Shown one piece after another: positions 1 through 7,861 of a stretch of 64,000 bases of DNA. Each line of letters begins with the position of its first letter. Position 1 is the stretch's first letter. The notes under the pieces are model-generated. The model saw only the letters and a program-made list of their open reading frames with translations. It was not told the origin of the DNA and searched no databases. A program made the translations under genes and the position numbers. Source of the stretch: an uncultured Actinomycetes bacterium (GTDB taxonomy: Bacteria; Actinomycetota; UBA4738; HRBIN12); the NCBI GenBank assembly GCA_963704885.1, contig CAVPIB010000001.1, forward strand, positions 672,001 through 736,000. Direction: 5' to 3'.

Positions 1-922
1 CCCGGTCACCCTGTCGGTGGACGAGGATGGTTCGCACCGACTGGGCGGCGCGGAGTCGGTCGCGCTCTGCGCGACCGAGGGCGGCGAGCCGCTCGCGGTC
101 CTGCGAGTCTCCGAGATCTACCGCCGGGACAAGGCTAAGGAGGCGCTCTCCGTCTACCGCACCGAGGACGTTGAGCATCCCGGCGTGAGCGCGCTCCACG
201 ACGCCGGCGACTTCTGCGTCGCCGGGGAGCTGCAGGTGCTCGACCTGCCCTCCCACGACGACTTCCTGCCCTACCGGCTCACCCCCGCCCAGACGCGCGC
301 CGCGTTCGCCGAGCGCGGATGGAACACGGTCGTCGGGTTCCAGACCCGCAACCCCATCCACCGGGCGCACGAGTACATCCAGAAGTGCGCGCTGGAGATC
401 GTGGACGGCCTGCTCGTGCACCCGCTCGTCGGCGCCACCAAGGGAGACGACGTGCCCGCCGACGTCCGTATGCAGTGCTACGAGGCTCTGTTCGAGGGCT
501 ACTACCCGAAGGACCGTGCCATGGTGAGCGTGTTCCCGGCCGCCATGCGGTACGCCGGTCCTCGCGAGGCCATCTGGCACGCCATCTGCCGCAAGAACTA
601 CGGATGCACGCACTTCATCGTGGGCCGCGACCACGCGGGGGTCGGCACCTATTACGGCACATACGACGCCCAGCAGATCTTCACCGAGTTCGGGCCCGGC
701 GAGCTGGGTATCACCACACTGAACTTCGAGCACTCGTTCTGGTGCCAGGCTTGCGAGGGCATGGCCTCCCCGAAGACCTGCCCCCACGGCGAGGAGACAC
801 GCGTCTCGCTCTCAGGCACGAAGGTGCGCGAGATGCTCCGCGCGGGCGAGCGCCCGCCGCAGGAGTTCAGCCGCCCCGAGGTCGCCGACATCTTGATCGC
901 AGCGATGCAGGGTGAGGGCTAG
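1..922 (+). CDS. sat: Sulfate adenylyltransferase (ATP sulfurylase), 5'-truncated by the window edge
   Basis: Motifs [32 protein letters not shown] and SGTKVREML; the frame is open from the window start. Confidence 0.95.
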   Translation, partial: PVTLSVDEDGSHRLGGAESVALCATEGGEPLAVLRVSEIYRRDKAKEALSVYRTEDVEHPGVSALHDAGDFCVAGELQVLDLPSHDDFLPYRLTPAQTRAAFAERGWNTVVGFQTRNPIHRAHEYIQKCALEIVDGLLVHPLVGATKGDDVPADVRMQCYEALFEGYYPKDRAMVSVFPAAMRYAGPREAIWHAICRKNYGCTHFIVGRDHAGVGTYYGTYDAQQIFTEFGPGELGITTLNFEHSFWCQACEGMASPKTCPHGEETRVSLSGTKVREMLRAGERPPQEFSRPEVADILIAAMQGEG

Positions 923-1008
923 TCCTCGATCAATTCCTCAGCCAGCAGACCCATGACGTGCGAGTTCACGTGTCGACCCTGCACGAACTCCGAGCGCCTG
1001 AGCGTTCC
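919..1008 (-). pseudogene. C-terminal remnant of a RimJ/RimL-type GNAT acetyltransferase
   Basis: Minus strand reads [29 protein letters not shown], resembling the EGxLRxxxxxxGxxxDxxxxGLL tail; its stop overlaps the sat stop (CTAG); no recognisable N-terminal part. Confidence 0.6.
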
Positions 1009-1010
1009 CC

Positions 1011-1169
1011 AGCGTTCGCGTCGCTTCGATCGACGACCTCATCCGCATGAAGCGAGCGAGCGGACGAACGAAGGACCTGCTTCACCTGGAGCATCTGGCG
1101 GCGCTCCGTGAGGAGATCGAGGCGTTCCGCGCCCAAGGGCTCGATCCCCAGCAGGGCGACCCGAGTTGA
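1011..1169 (+). pseudogene. C-terminal remnant of a nucleotidyltransferase-family protein
   Basis: Reads SVRVASIDDLIRMKRASGRTKDLLHLEHLAALREEIE..., matching the VASxxDLIxMKxAxGRxKD tail of small NTases; in-frame stop at 999-1001 upstream. Confidence 0.65.
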
Positions 1170-1248
1170 GTCGCCTCCGGGACCACTGGTAGCCTCCCTA
1201 GGACCCGTCCGAGGGCCCCTGGTGGTCCCGAACGAGGAGGCAGACGAT

Positions 1249-2307
1249 CTGAGGCAGGTCCCGTCGCGCACGTTCCTGCGCGTAACCATCGCCACGCTGA
1301 CCCTGGCCGGCGTGCTGCTCGGCGTGCCCGCCCAAGCCAGCACCAAGGATGAGCTGGACGCTGCCCGGGAGCAGCTCTCGGCCAAACGGGCCGAGATGGA
1401 CGATCTCACCCGCCTGTGGCAGGAGACCGAGACCGCCTACGCGTTGGCGCAAGATGCGGTCCGCGACGCCCGGTTCCAGATAGGTTCGCTCGAAGCCCGG
1501 CTCGTCCGCGTGCAGAAGAGGCTCGATGCTCAGGTGCGCTCGGTCTACATCTCCAGCGGCAACGCGGCGATCGGCGCGTTGTTAGGCTCGGACTCGTTCG
1601 CGGACTTCGCGGACCGATTGCAGTTCGCGACCAACATCGTGCAGGGCGGCGAGGACCTGGCCATATCGGTCTCCGTCGAGACCGAGCGCCTGCGGCGCGA
1701 ACGGGCACGGTTGACCCTCGAGGCGCAGAACGAGGCTCAGGCGGCCGCCTCACTGCAGAGCCAGAGGACGGCACTAGATGCGAAGCTCGGCGAGTTTCAA
1801 TCCACGGTGAACGAGCTCTATGAGAAGTACCAAGACCAACTGGATGCCCAGCAGGCGATCGGGCTGCCGCCGGCCGGGGGCGGGGGAGGCGGCGGCTCGT
1901 TCCCTCCGACTTCGTCCGGCGCTGTCTCGATCTGTCCGGTGCAAGGGCCGGTGTCGTTCGTAGATTCGTTCGGCTGGCCGCGTCCCGGAGGGCGCAGCCA
2001 TGAGGGGATCGACATGATCTCGCCCTACGGGACGCCGGTCGTGGCGGTCCATGGCGGCAACGCCGTGCAGTCCCCCAACTCGCTGGGCGGCAACGCCGTG
2101 ATCCTGTATCACGCCGGGAGCTCGGACTGGACCTACTACGCGCACTTCAGCTCGTACGGGGCCAGCGGCAACGTCGCTGCCGGTCAGGTGATCGGCTACG
2201 TGGGCGCCACCGGTGACACCGGCGTCAACCACCTGCACTTCGAGTATCACCCCGGCGGCGGCTCGGCGATCAACCCCTACCAGACGCTGCTCGCCGTCTG
2301 CTTCTAG
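1249..2307 (+). CDS. Secreted coiled-coil M23-family peptidoglycan endopeptidase
   Basis: Signal peptide ending AQA, long coiled coil, HEGID and HLHFE zinc motifs; GAGGAGG at 1234-1240 precedes an in-frame CTG at 1249 (start uncertain). Confidence 0.88.
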   Translation: MRQVPSRTFLRVTIATLTLAGVLLGVPAQASTKDELDAAREQLSAKRAEMDDLTRLWQETETAYALAQDAVRDARFQIGSLEARLVRVQKRLDAQVRSVYISSGNAAIGALLGSDSFADFADRLQFATNIVQGGEDLAISVSVETERLRRERARLTLEAQNEAQAAASLQSQRTALDAKLGEFQSTVNELYEKYQDQLDAQQAIGLPPAGGGGGGGSFPPTSSGAVSICPVQGPVSFVDSFGWPRPGGRSHEGIDMISPYGTPVVAVHGGNAVQSPNSLGGNAVILYHAGSSDWTYYAHFSSYGASGNVAAGQVIGYVGATGDTGVNHLHFEYHPGGGSAINPYQTLLAVCF

Positions 2308-2330
2308 TCGCGCGACGTAGGATGTGCGCC

Positions 2331-2867
2331 GTGAGCGACCAACGCACCGGCAACCGTCGCATCGACCGGATCCGCGACGAGGACTACGTCCGCGATCTGG
2401 ACGGGCTGGCTCTCGACGATCTCCGGACCCGTCGCGACGACTGCCTGGCCGAGCGCGAGTACCTCTCGCTTCTCCGTCGGCTGGTCCAGGGACGCGCGGA
2501 GATCCTCCGCGCAGAGCTGGACGCACGTGAAGCAGGTGAGGACCGTGGTCCGTTGGTGGATCGCCTGGCCCAGATACTGGCGGGGGACGAGCAGTCCAGC
2601 GGCTCCCGCGGGGAGGCGGTCCGGGTGGGGCTACCCGAGGAGGAGATGCTGCTCGCCCGCCGCCGGATCGAGCGGTTGGTCGCCGATGCCGGCATCTCCG
2701 ATCCGGCGTCCCTCGACGACGAGAAGCTGTCCGCCGCGGTCGAGCTGTTGGCGACCGAGGAGCGCGAGGTCTCGGGTGCGCGGGCCGACGTCATCCGCGT
2801 CCTGGATGCCTTGCAGGACGAGCTGAAGCGCCGGTACCGGGAGGACCCGACGCTCGTCCTCAGCTGA
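2331..2867 (+). CDS. RsiG/AmfC-family anti-sigma factor-like protein
   Basis: GNRRIDRI N-terminus, LSLLRRLVQGRAEI and EREVSGAR helices, LKRRYRE C-terminus. Confidence 0.8.
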   Translation: MSDQRTGNRRIDRIRDEDYVRDLDGLALDDLRTRRDDCLAEREYLSLLRRLVQGRAEILRAELDAREAGEDRGPLVDRLAQILAGDEQSSGSRGEAVRVGLPEEEMLLARRRIERLVADAGISDPASLDDEKLSAAVELLATEEREVSGARADVIRVLDALQDELKRRYREDPTLVLS

Positions 2868-2883
2868 GCGCCGGGGTTGAGCG

Positions 2884-3894
2884 TTGGGCGCCGTCCCGCT
2901 CGTCCACGTCATCCGCTCCGGCCTGGTCGAATCCGTCCACCTGGGTCACGTGGCGGTGTGCGACGCCGACGGCCGGCTGGTCGCCTGGGCCGGTGACCCG
3001 AAGCGTCCCGTGTTCGCGCGTTCCTGCATGAAGCCGCTGCAGGCGGCGGTCTCGCTGAAGGCGATCGACGAACCGATGCCCGACCGGGAGGTGGCCGTGA
3101 TGTGCGCCTCGCACAACGGAGAGCCGATCCATGTGGGCGCCGTGAAGGCGGTACTGAAGCGCGCCGGGCTCGGGCCAGATGCGCTTCGCAACCCGCCCGA
3201 CTGGCCGCTGGACCCCGAGGCGATGGCCTCGGCGCACCTCAAGCACCGATTGTTCATGGATTGCTCGGGCAAGCATGCCGGGATGCTCCTGGCCTGCGTT
3301 CGTGCCGGCTGGGACACGGACACCTACATGCGCTCCAGCCATCCGCTGCAACGTCGTGTGCTGCGGGCCGTGCTCCGAGCCACCGACCTGGAAGGGGTGA
3401 CGGTCGGCGTCGATGGGTGCGGCGTTCCCGTGCACGGCATGCCGCTTCGATCCATGGCCACGCTGTTCGCGCGCCTGGCCGAGCCCGAGCGACTCGGAGA
3501 CCTGGGCTCCGATGTGGATCGGGCCGTCGAGGCGATGCTCGCGGAGCCGTACCTCGTAGGCGGGCGTCACGGCTGGGATACCGAGGTCATGAAGGTGACC
3601 GGCGACGTCGTGGCCAAGTGCGGGGCCGAGTCGCTCGAGTGCGCGGCCATCCTGCCCTCCGGTCTGGGTGTCGCCGTGAAGATCGAAGACGGGGGCGACC
3701 GTGCGGGTGCGCCCGCCGTCATCTCCGTGCTGCGCCAGCTGAACAGCCTCTCCTCGGCGCAGGCCCGGGAGCTGACTCCGTTCGGCGAACCGGAGGTGAT
3801 GGGCGGCGGGAAGCCGGTCGGTCGCCTGGAGTCCGTCTTCCAGCTCCATTGGCGGGGCAAGGGATCGACAGCCCGAAAGGGCGGTCGCGCGTAA
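2884..3894 (+). CDS. Rhizobium-type (class 3) L-asparaginase family protein
   Basis: RSGLVESVH, RSCMKPLQA, CASHNGE, CSGKHAGM, GVDGCG and KCGAE motifs. Confidence 0.88.
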   Translation: MGAVPLVHVIRSGLVESVHLGHVAVCDADGRLVAWAGDPKRPVFARSCMKPLQAAVSLKAIDEPMPDREVAVMCASHNGEPIHVGAVKAVLKRAGLGPDALRNPPDWPLDPEAMASAHLKHRLFMDCSGKHAGMLLACVRAGWDTDTYMRSSHPLQRRVLRAVLRATDLEGVTVGVDGCGVPVHGMPLRSMATLFARLAEPERLGDLGSDVDRAVEAMLAEPYLVGGRHGWDTEVMKVTGDVVAKCGAESLECAAILPSGLGVAVKIEDGGDRAGAPAVISVLRQLNSLSSAQARELTPFGEPEVMGGGKPVGRLESVFQLHWRGKGSTARKGGRA

Positions 3895-3903
3895 CATCGC
3901 TTG

Positions 3904-5142
3904 ATGGCCCCACCTCGCGTCGCGGTGCTCTCGGTGCACACGTCGCCGCTTGACCAGCCCGGCTCGGGCGACTCCGGCGGGATGAACGTGTACATCCGCG
4001 CGGTGGCCGAACGTCTCACGGAGCACGAGATCGAGGTCGACCTGTTCACGCGCCGCCGCGGCGGAGACGTCGAGGACATCATCGACATCGCGCCGGGCGT
4101 TCGGGTGCTCAACGTGAAGGCCGGACCCTACGCCCCGATACCCAAGACCGATCTCCCTCGCTATCTGCCGGAGTTCCTTGGGGGCGTGTTGCGCCGCGCC
4201 CGTCAAGACGGGCGCGGCTACGACATCCTGCACAGCCATTACTGGTTGTCGGGCTGGGTCGGCAGCTCCGCCAAGGAGATCTGGGGCGTCCCGCTGGTGG
4301 CGTCGTTCCATACCCTCGGCAAGGTGAAGAACTACTCCTTAGCCGGTGGGGAGCAACCTGAGCCGCCCGCCCGTCTGGCCGGCGAGGAACGGGTGATCGC
4401 GGGCGCGGATCGGATCTTGGCGCCGACGCCGGCGGAGGCTGCGCAGCTTGTCGGTCTGTATCGGGCCGATCCCGGTCACATCCGGATCGTCCCGCCGGGC
4501 GTCGACCACACGATCTTCTTCCCGCGCAAGCGCGCCGACGCGCGTGAGCGGCTCCACCTCTCTGGCCTGAGGCTGGCCGTCTACGTGGGGCGACTCCAGC
4601 CGCACAAGGGACCCGACATCGCCGTGCGCACGCTGGCCGAGGCGGTGGCTCGCGATCCCGAGCTCACGCGCGACCTGATGCTCGCGATCGTCGGAGGTCC
4701 GAGCGGTACCGGCCAAGGGGTCGAGGTGGCGCGGCTCATGGAGCTCGCCTCCGCGCTCGGCGTCAGCCACCGGGTGATCCTCTTCCCGCCGTTGCCGCAG
4801 GCGCGCCTGGCCGATGTCTACGCGGCGGCGGACGTGGTGCTGGTCCCGTCCCGATCGGAGTCGTTCGGTCTGGTGGCGCTCGAGTCGCAGGCGTGCGGCA
4901 CGCCGGTCGTGGCGGCATCCGTCGGTGGTCTGCGGTTCGTGGTGTCTGACGGGCGCACCGGATTCCTGGTTGAGGGTCACGACCCGTCCGATCACGCCGA
5001 TCGCATGCTGCGGATCCTGGCCGACCCGGTCCTGGCCGCCGACCTGGGCGTCGCGGCCGCCCGCGAGGCGCTGAGGTTCACCTGGGACGCGACGGCGTCC
5101 CAGCTGGCCGGGATCTACCGCGAGCTGACGGCGGCATCGTGA
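3904..5142 (+). CDS. mshA: D-inositol-3-phosphate glycosyltransferase (mycothiol biosynthesis)
   Basis: VHTSPLDQPGSGDSGGMNVY, HSHYWLSG, GRLQPHKGPD and ESFGLVALE. Confidence 0.92.
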   Translation: MAPPRVAVLSVHTSPLDQPGSGDSGGMNVYIRAVAERLTEHEIEVDLFTRRRGGDVEDIIDIAPGVRVLNVKAGPYAPIPKTDLPRYLPEFLGGVLRRARQDGRGYDILHSHYWLSGWVGSSAKEIWGVPLVASFHTLGKVKNYSLAGGEQPEPPARLAGEERVIAGADRILAPTPAEAAQLVGLYRADPGHIRIVPPGVDHTIFFPRKRADARERLHLSGLRLAVYVGRLQPHKGPDIAVRTLAEAVARDPELTRDLMLAIVGGPSGTGQGVEVARLMELASALGVSHRVILFPPLPQARLADVYAAADVVLVPSRSESFGLVALESQACGTPVVAASVGGLRFVVSDGRTGFLVEGHDPSDHADRMLRILADPVLAADLGVAAAREALRFTWDATASQLAGIYRELTAAS

Positions 5143-5681
5143 TAGCCGGCGAACGGGTCACGCTTCGCCCGGTCGCCGAACAGGACTACCCGTTGATACA
5201 GGCGTGGCAGAACGACCCCGAGGTCTGGTGGCTGATGGACTACGAGGGTCCGTTCTCCCTGGCGGACATAGCCGAGAGCGAGCGGCGCGCTCGCGAGGAG
5301 GGGCATCCCTACACCGTCGAGTTCGAGGGACGTCCCATCGGGCGGATCGGCTTGAACAACATCCGTCGCCGTGACCGGATCTGCGCCCTGTACGTGTTCC
5401 TCGGCGATCGCTCGGCGTGGGGCGACGGTCTGGGGACCGACGCCATCGACGCCTTGCTGGCCCATGCGTTCGACCGGTTCGATCTTCATCAGGTCGAGCT
5501 CTGGTCGTTGGCCGACAACGAACGGGCGATCCGCGCCTACCGGCATTGCGGGTTCCACGAGACGGCGCGGCTCGCGGATCGCTCTTGGAAGGACGGTCGA
5601 TGGGTGGATCACGTCGTCATGACGGTGACGCCCGAAGTGTTCCGTAAGACCCGCATGGCCCGTGACCAGCGGGAACGCTGA
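5139..5681 (+). CDS. RimJ/RimL-type GNAT N-acetyltransferase
   Basis: GERVTLRP, WGDGLGTDA and NERAIRAYRHCGF. Confidence 0.88.
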   Translation: MIAGERVTLRPVAEQDYPLIQAWQNDPEVWWLMDYEGPFSLADIAESERRAREEGHPYTVEFEGRPIGRIGLNNIRRRDRICALYVFLGDRSAWGDGLGTDAIDALLAHAFDRFDLHQVELWSLADNERAIRAYRHCGFHETARLADRSWKDGRWVDHVVMTVTPEVFRKTRMARDQRER

Positions 5682-5768
5682 CATCGACCTCACGCTCCGC
5701 CGATTTGTCACTCTTTGTCTCAGGCCTTCTACCTGCGGATATATACCCTGACCTGCGGAAACATGAAG

Positions 5769-5797
5769 TTGACCGCGCCTCGACTCGCCGCTAGATT
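5769..5797 (+). promoter_or_regulatory. Housekeeping sigma-type promoter for the structured RNA candidate
   Basis: TTGACC (5769-5774), 17-nt spacer, TAGATT (5792-5797); the predicted start near 5804-5805 coincides with the 5' strand of the closing stem. Confidence 0.75.
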
Positions 5798-5804
5798 TCG
5801 CTTC

Positions 5805-6101
5805 GCTCCAAGCAGTCGAAGTGCCGACGCGAAGGAACCGGACGGAGCACCGGAGAAGCCGCAAGGTGGATCAGGTGCTCCAGGCTCGGGTAGGCCGCAA
5901 GGCCGAAGCGAGCCGGCTGGGAAGGTCGCAAGGCCGGAACGGCGCCTCAGTCAGGCGAACCGCAAGGGGAGCAGGGCCGGGGCACCGCCGCCGGGCAAGC
6001 CGCAAGGCGAGCCCACGGCGGCGGGCCGTCGGGAACGCCGCAAGGCGGGCCCGCGGGGTCCGGGAGGCCGCGCGATGGCGCGGAGGTTGCTTGGAGCACC
6101 A
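5805..6101 (+). ncRNA. Candidate structured ncRNA with six GCAA-tetraloop hairpins
   Basis: CGCAAGG at 5860, 5896, 5927, 5961, 6001 and 6039; 5805-5817 pairs with 6085-6097; followed by ACCA; flanked by a promoter and a terminator-like hairpin. Confidence 0.75.
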
Positions 6102-6173
6102 GAGCCCGAGGGGCTGACGGTGGCTGGGAGCTTCGGTTCCCGGCGAGCCGGAGGTCCCTCGGGTTCTCTATTT
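6101..6173 (+). terminator. Long terminator-like hairpin with a UUCG loop
   Basis: AGAGCCCGAGGG (6101-6112) pairs with CCCTCGGGTTCT (6156-6167); inner GCTGGGAGC-TTCG-GTTCCCGGC; weak CTATTT tail. Confidence 0.55.
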
Positions 6174-6204
6174 CGTGACCCTCATCGGCTACTGTCCCGA
6201 TGCC

Positions 6205-6849
6205 ATGGGAACCGCAAGCACGCGACCGACCGACGCCTCCGCTCGTCGCGATCAGACCGTCGAGGTGGCGATGCGCCATTTCGCTGAGCGCGGGTACCGC
6301 GGCGCACGCGTCGAGGACATCGCCACAGAGGTCGGGGTCGCCAAGGGCACGGTCTTCCTGGACTTCACCTCGAAGGAAGGACTGTTCCTGGCGGCTTACC
6401 AACGGGCGGTCTCGATGCTCCCGGCGTGGCTGGATGCACCCTCGGAGATCGTGGAGCAGGGGTTCTGGGCCATCGTGGACTGGTGGCTGGAGCGCACGGA
6501 GGAGATGGGAGAACAGGACTGGGTGGCCAACCGGGTCTCCATGATGGGCCGCAACGACACGGGGTTGGGGCTCCGGCGGCCGATCGACAGGTTCATGCGG
6601 AGCGAGGATCCCTACGGCACGCTCGAGTTCGTGGAGTTCGGCGTGCGGCGCGGGGAGGTTCGCGACGATGTCGACGCCGAGATGCTCGCCTCCATGCTCG
6701 ATTGGCTGGCCGTGAGGTTCCAGGACGCGCTGGTCTCGGTGGACCTCGATCCGGGCCTGATCCACCGCAAGCCGGAACGCCGTTCGATGCGCATCAAGGA
6801 GTTCGTAGAGGTGCTGCGTGGCGGCATCGATGTCCAGCCCGAGGACTGA
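6205..6849 (+). CDS. TetR/AcrR-family transcriptional regulator
   Basis: N-terminal HTH FAERGYRGARVEDIATEVGVAKGTVFLDFTSKEGLF. Confidence 0.9.
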   Translation: MGTASTRPTDASARRDQTVEVAMRHFAERGYRGARVEDIATEVGVAKGTVFLDFTSKEGLFLAAYQRAVSMLPAWLDAPSEIVEQGFWAIVDWWLERTEEMGEQDWVANRVSMMGRNDTGLGLRRPIDRFMRSEDPYGTLEFVEFGVRRGEVRDDVDAEMLASMLDWLAVRFQDALVSVDLDPGLIHRKPERRSMRIKEFVEVLRGGIDVQPED

Positions 6850-6891
6850 TACTCCGATGCGGTACGGTGTGCGGCTGGTGAGGAGCGGACG

Positions 6892-7722
6892 ATGACGGAT
6901 CGCAGGGTGGCTTTCCTGGGCGGCGGAAAGATGGGCGAGGCGCTCATCGCCGGCCTGATCCGGTCTGGCGGGCGGACGGTTGACGAGATCACGGTCACGT
7001 GCCGGCGCGAGGAGCGCGCTCGTGAGTTGGCCGGCAAGTACGGAGTCTCGGCCACGCTCGACAACGCCGAGGCTGCGCGCTGGGCCGACATGTTGGTGCT
7101 GATGGCCAAGCCGCAAGACATGGAGGTTCTGCTCGAGCAGATCCGGGGCGAGGTGACGCCCGACGACCTGATCGTGAGCTTCGCCGCAGGGCTACGAACC
7201 TCGTTCGCCGAGAAGCACCTCCCTGACGCGGTGCCCGTGGTGCGGGTGATGTCGAACGTGCCGGTGATGGTCGACGAAGCTATGTCGGTGATCGCGGCCG
7301 GATCACACGCCGAGGACGAGCACATGGTGCTGGTCGAGGAGCTGCTCGCCTACGTCGGCCGAGTGCTGCGGCTAAAGGAAGAGCACATGGACGCGGTGAC
7401 TGCCACGAGCGGCAGCGGTCCCGCCTACTTCTTCTTGCTGGCCGAGGCCATGATCGAGGCCTGTATCCTCCTGGGGCTGTCGCGCGACGTGGCGACCGAG
7501 CTGATCATCCAGACCATGCTCGGCTCCGCGAAGATGCTTCGCGACACAGGCAAGCACCCCGTGGAGCTCCGCGAGATGGTGACGTCGCCCGGTGGAACCA
7601 CCATCGCGGCGATCCGCCACCTGGAGGAGGCCGGCGTGCGAGCCGCGTTCCTGAACGCGATCGACGCCGCCTGCAAGCGAGGCCAGGAGCTGTCGCAGGG
7701 CGGCGATGAGGATGAGGAGTAG
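6892..7722 (+). CDS. proC: Pyrroline-5-carboxylate reductase
   Basis: FLGGGKMGEA, TATSGSGPAY and VTSPGGTTIAA. Confidence 0.95.
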   Translation: MTDRRVAFLGGGKMGEALIAGLIRSGGRTVDEITVTCRREERARELAGKYGVSATLDNAEAARWADMLVLMAKPQDMEVLLEQIRGEVTPDDLIVSFAAGLRTSFAEKHLPDAVPVVRVMSNVPVMVDEAMSVIAAGSHAEDEHMVLVEELLAYVGRVLRLKEEHMDAVTATSGSGPAYFFLLAEAMIEACILLGLSRDVATELIIQTMLGSAKMLRDTGKHPVELREMVTSPGGTTIAAIRHLEEAGVRAAFLNAIDAACKRGQELSQGGDEDEE

Positions 7723-7727
7723 GCAGT

Positions 7728-7850
7728 ATGGGTAGGGGAGACCGCAACCAGATCCGCTGGGCGCACGACCGTGAGCGCAGGAAGAAGGAGCGCGAGGCGA
7801 GGCAGGCAGCCGAGCGCGGGGCGGCCAGGAAGGCCGCGAAGAAGAAGTAG
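7728..7850 (+). CDS. Small basic protein (40 aa), absent from the ORF track
   Basis: MGRGDRNQIRWAHDRERRKKEREARQAAERGAARKAAKKK*; GAGGAG upstream; fills the gap after proC; GC3-rich codons. Confidence 0.6.
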   Translation: MGRGDRNQIRWAHDRERRKKEREARQAAERGAARKAAKKK

Positions 7851-7861
7851 TCCGATCCAGG

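Noticed and set aside
930-1240. c-di-AMP riboswitch upstream of the M23 peptidase
   Set aside because: Expected from context, but the sequence is explained by two gene remnants and lacks the conserved motifs
5950-5975. SRP RNA helix-8 resemblance (TCAGG...GNRA...AGCAG)
   Set aside because: The apical stem spacing does not fit the canonical 3-bp stem and the flanks do not form the SRP rod; cmscan should confirm
5844-6052. CRISPR array interpretation of the periodic CGCAAGG repeats
   Set aside because: Conserved core is only 7 nt, the period is 31-40 nt, intervening sequences base-pair, and no cas genes are present
5805-6101. tmRNA, RNase P RNA, tRNA or c-di-AMP riboswitch
   Set aside because: No T-loop, no GGGG 5' end with G3-U70, no GAGGAAAGTCC, and no ydaO core motifs recognised
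5715-6287. 190-aa ORF (and the 98-aa ORF 5821-6117) across the structured region
   Set aside because: Low-complexity Arg/Gly/Pro translation, no motif, overlaps tetR; promoter and pairing pattern fit an RNA better
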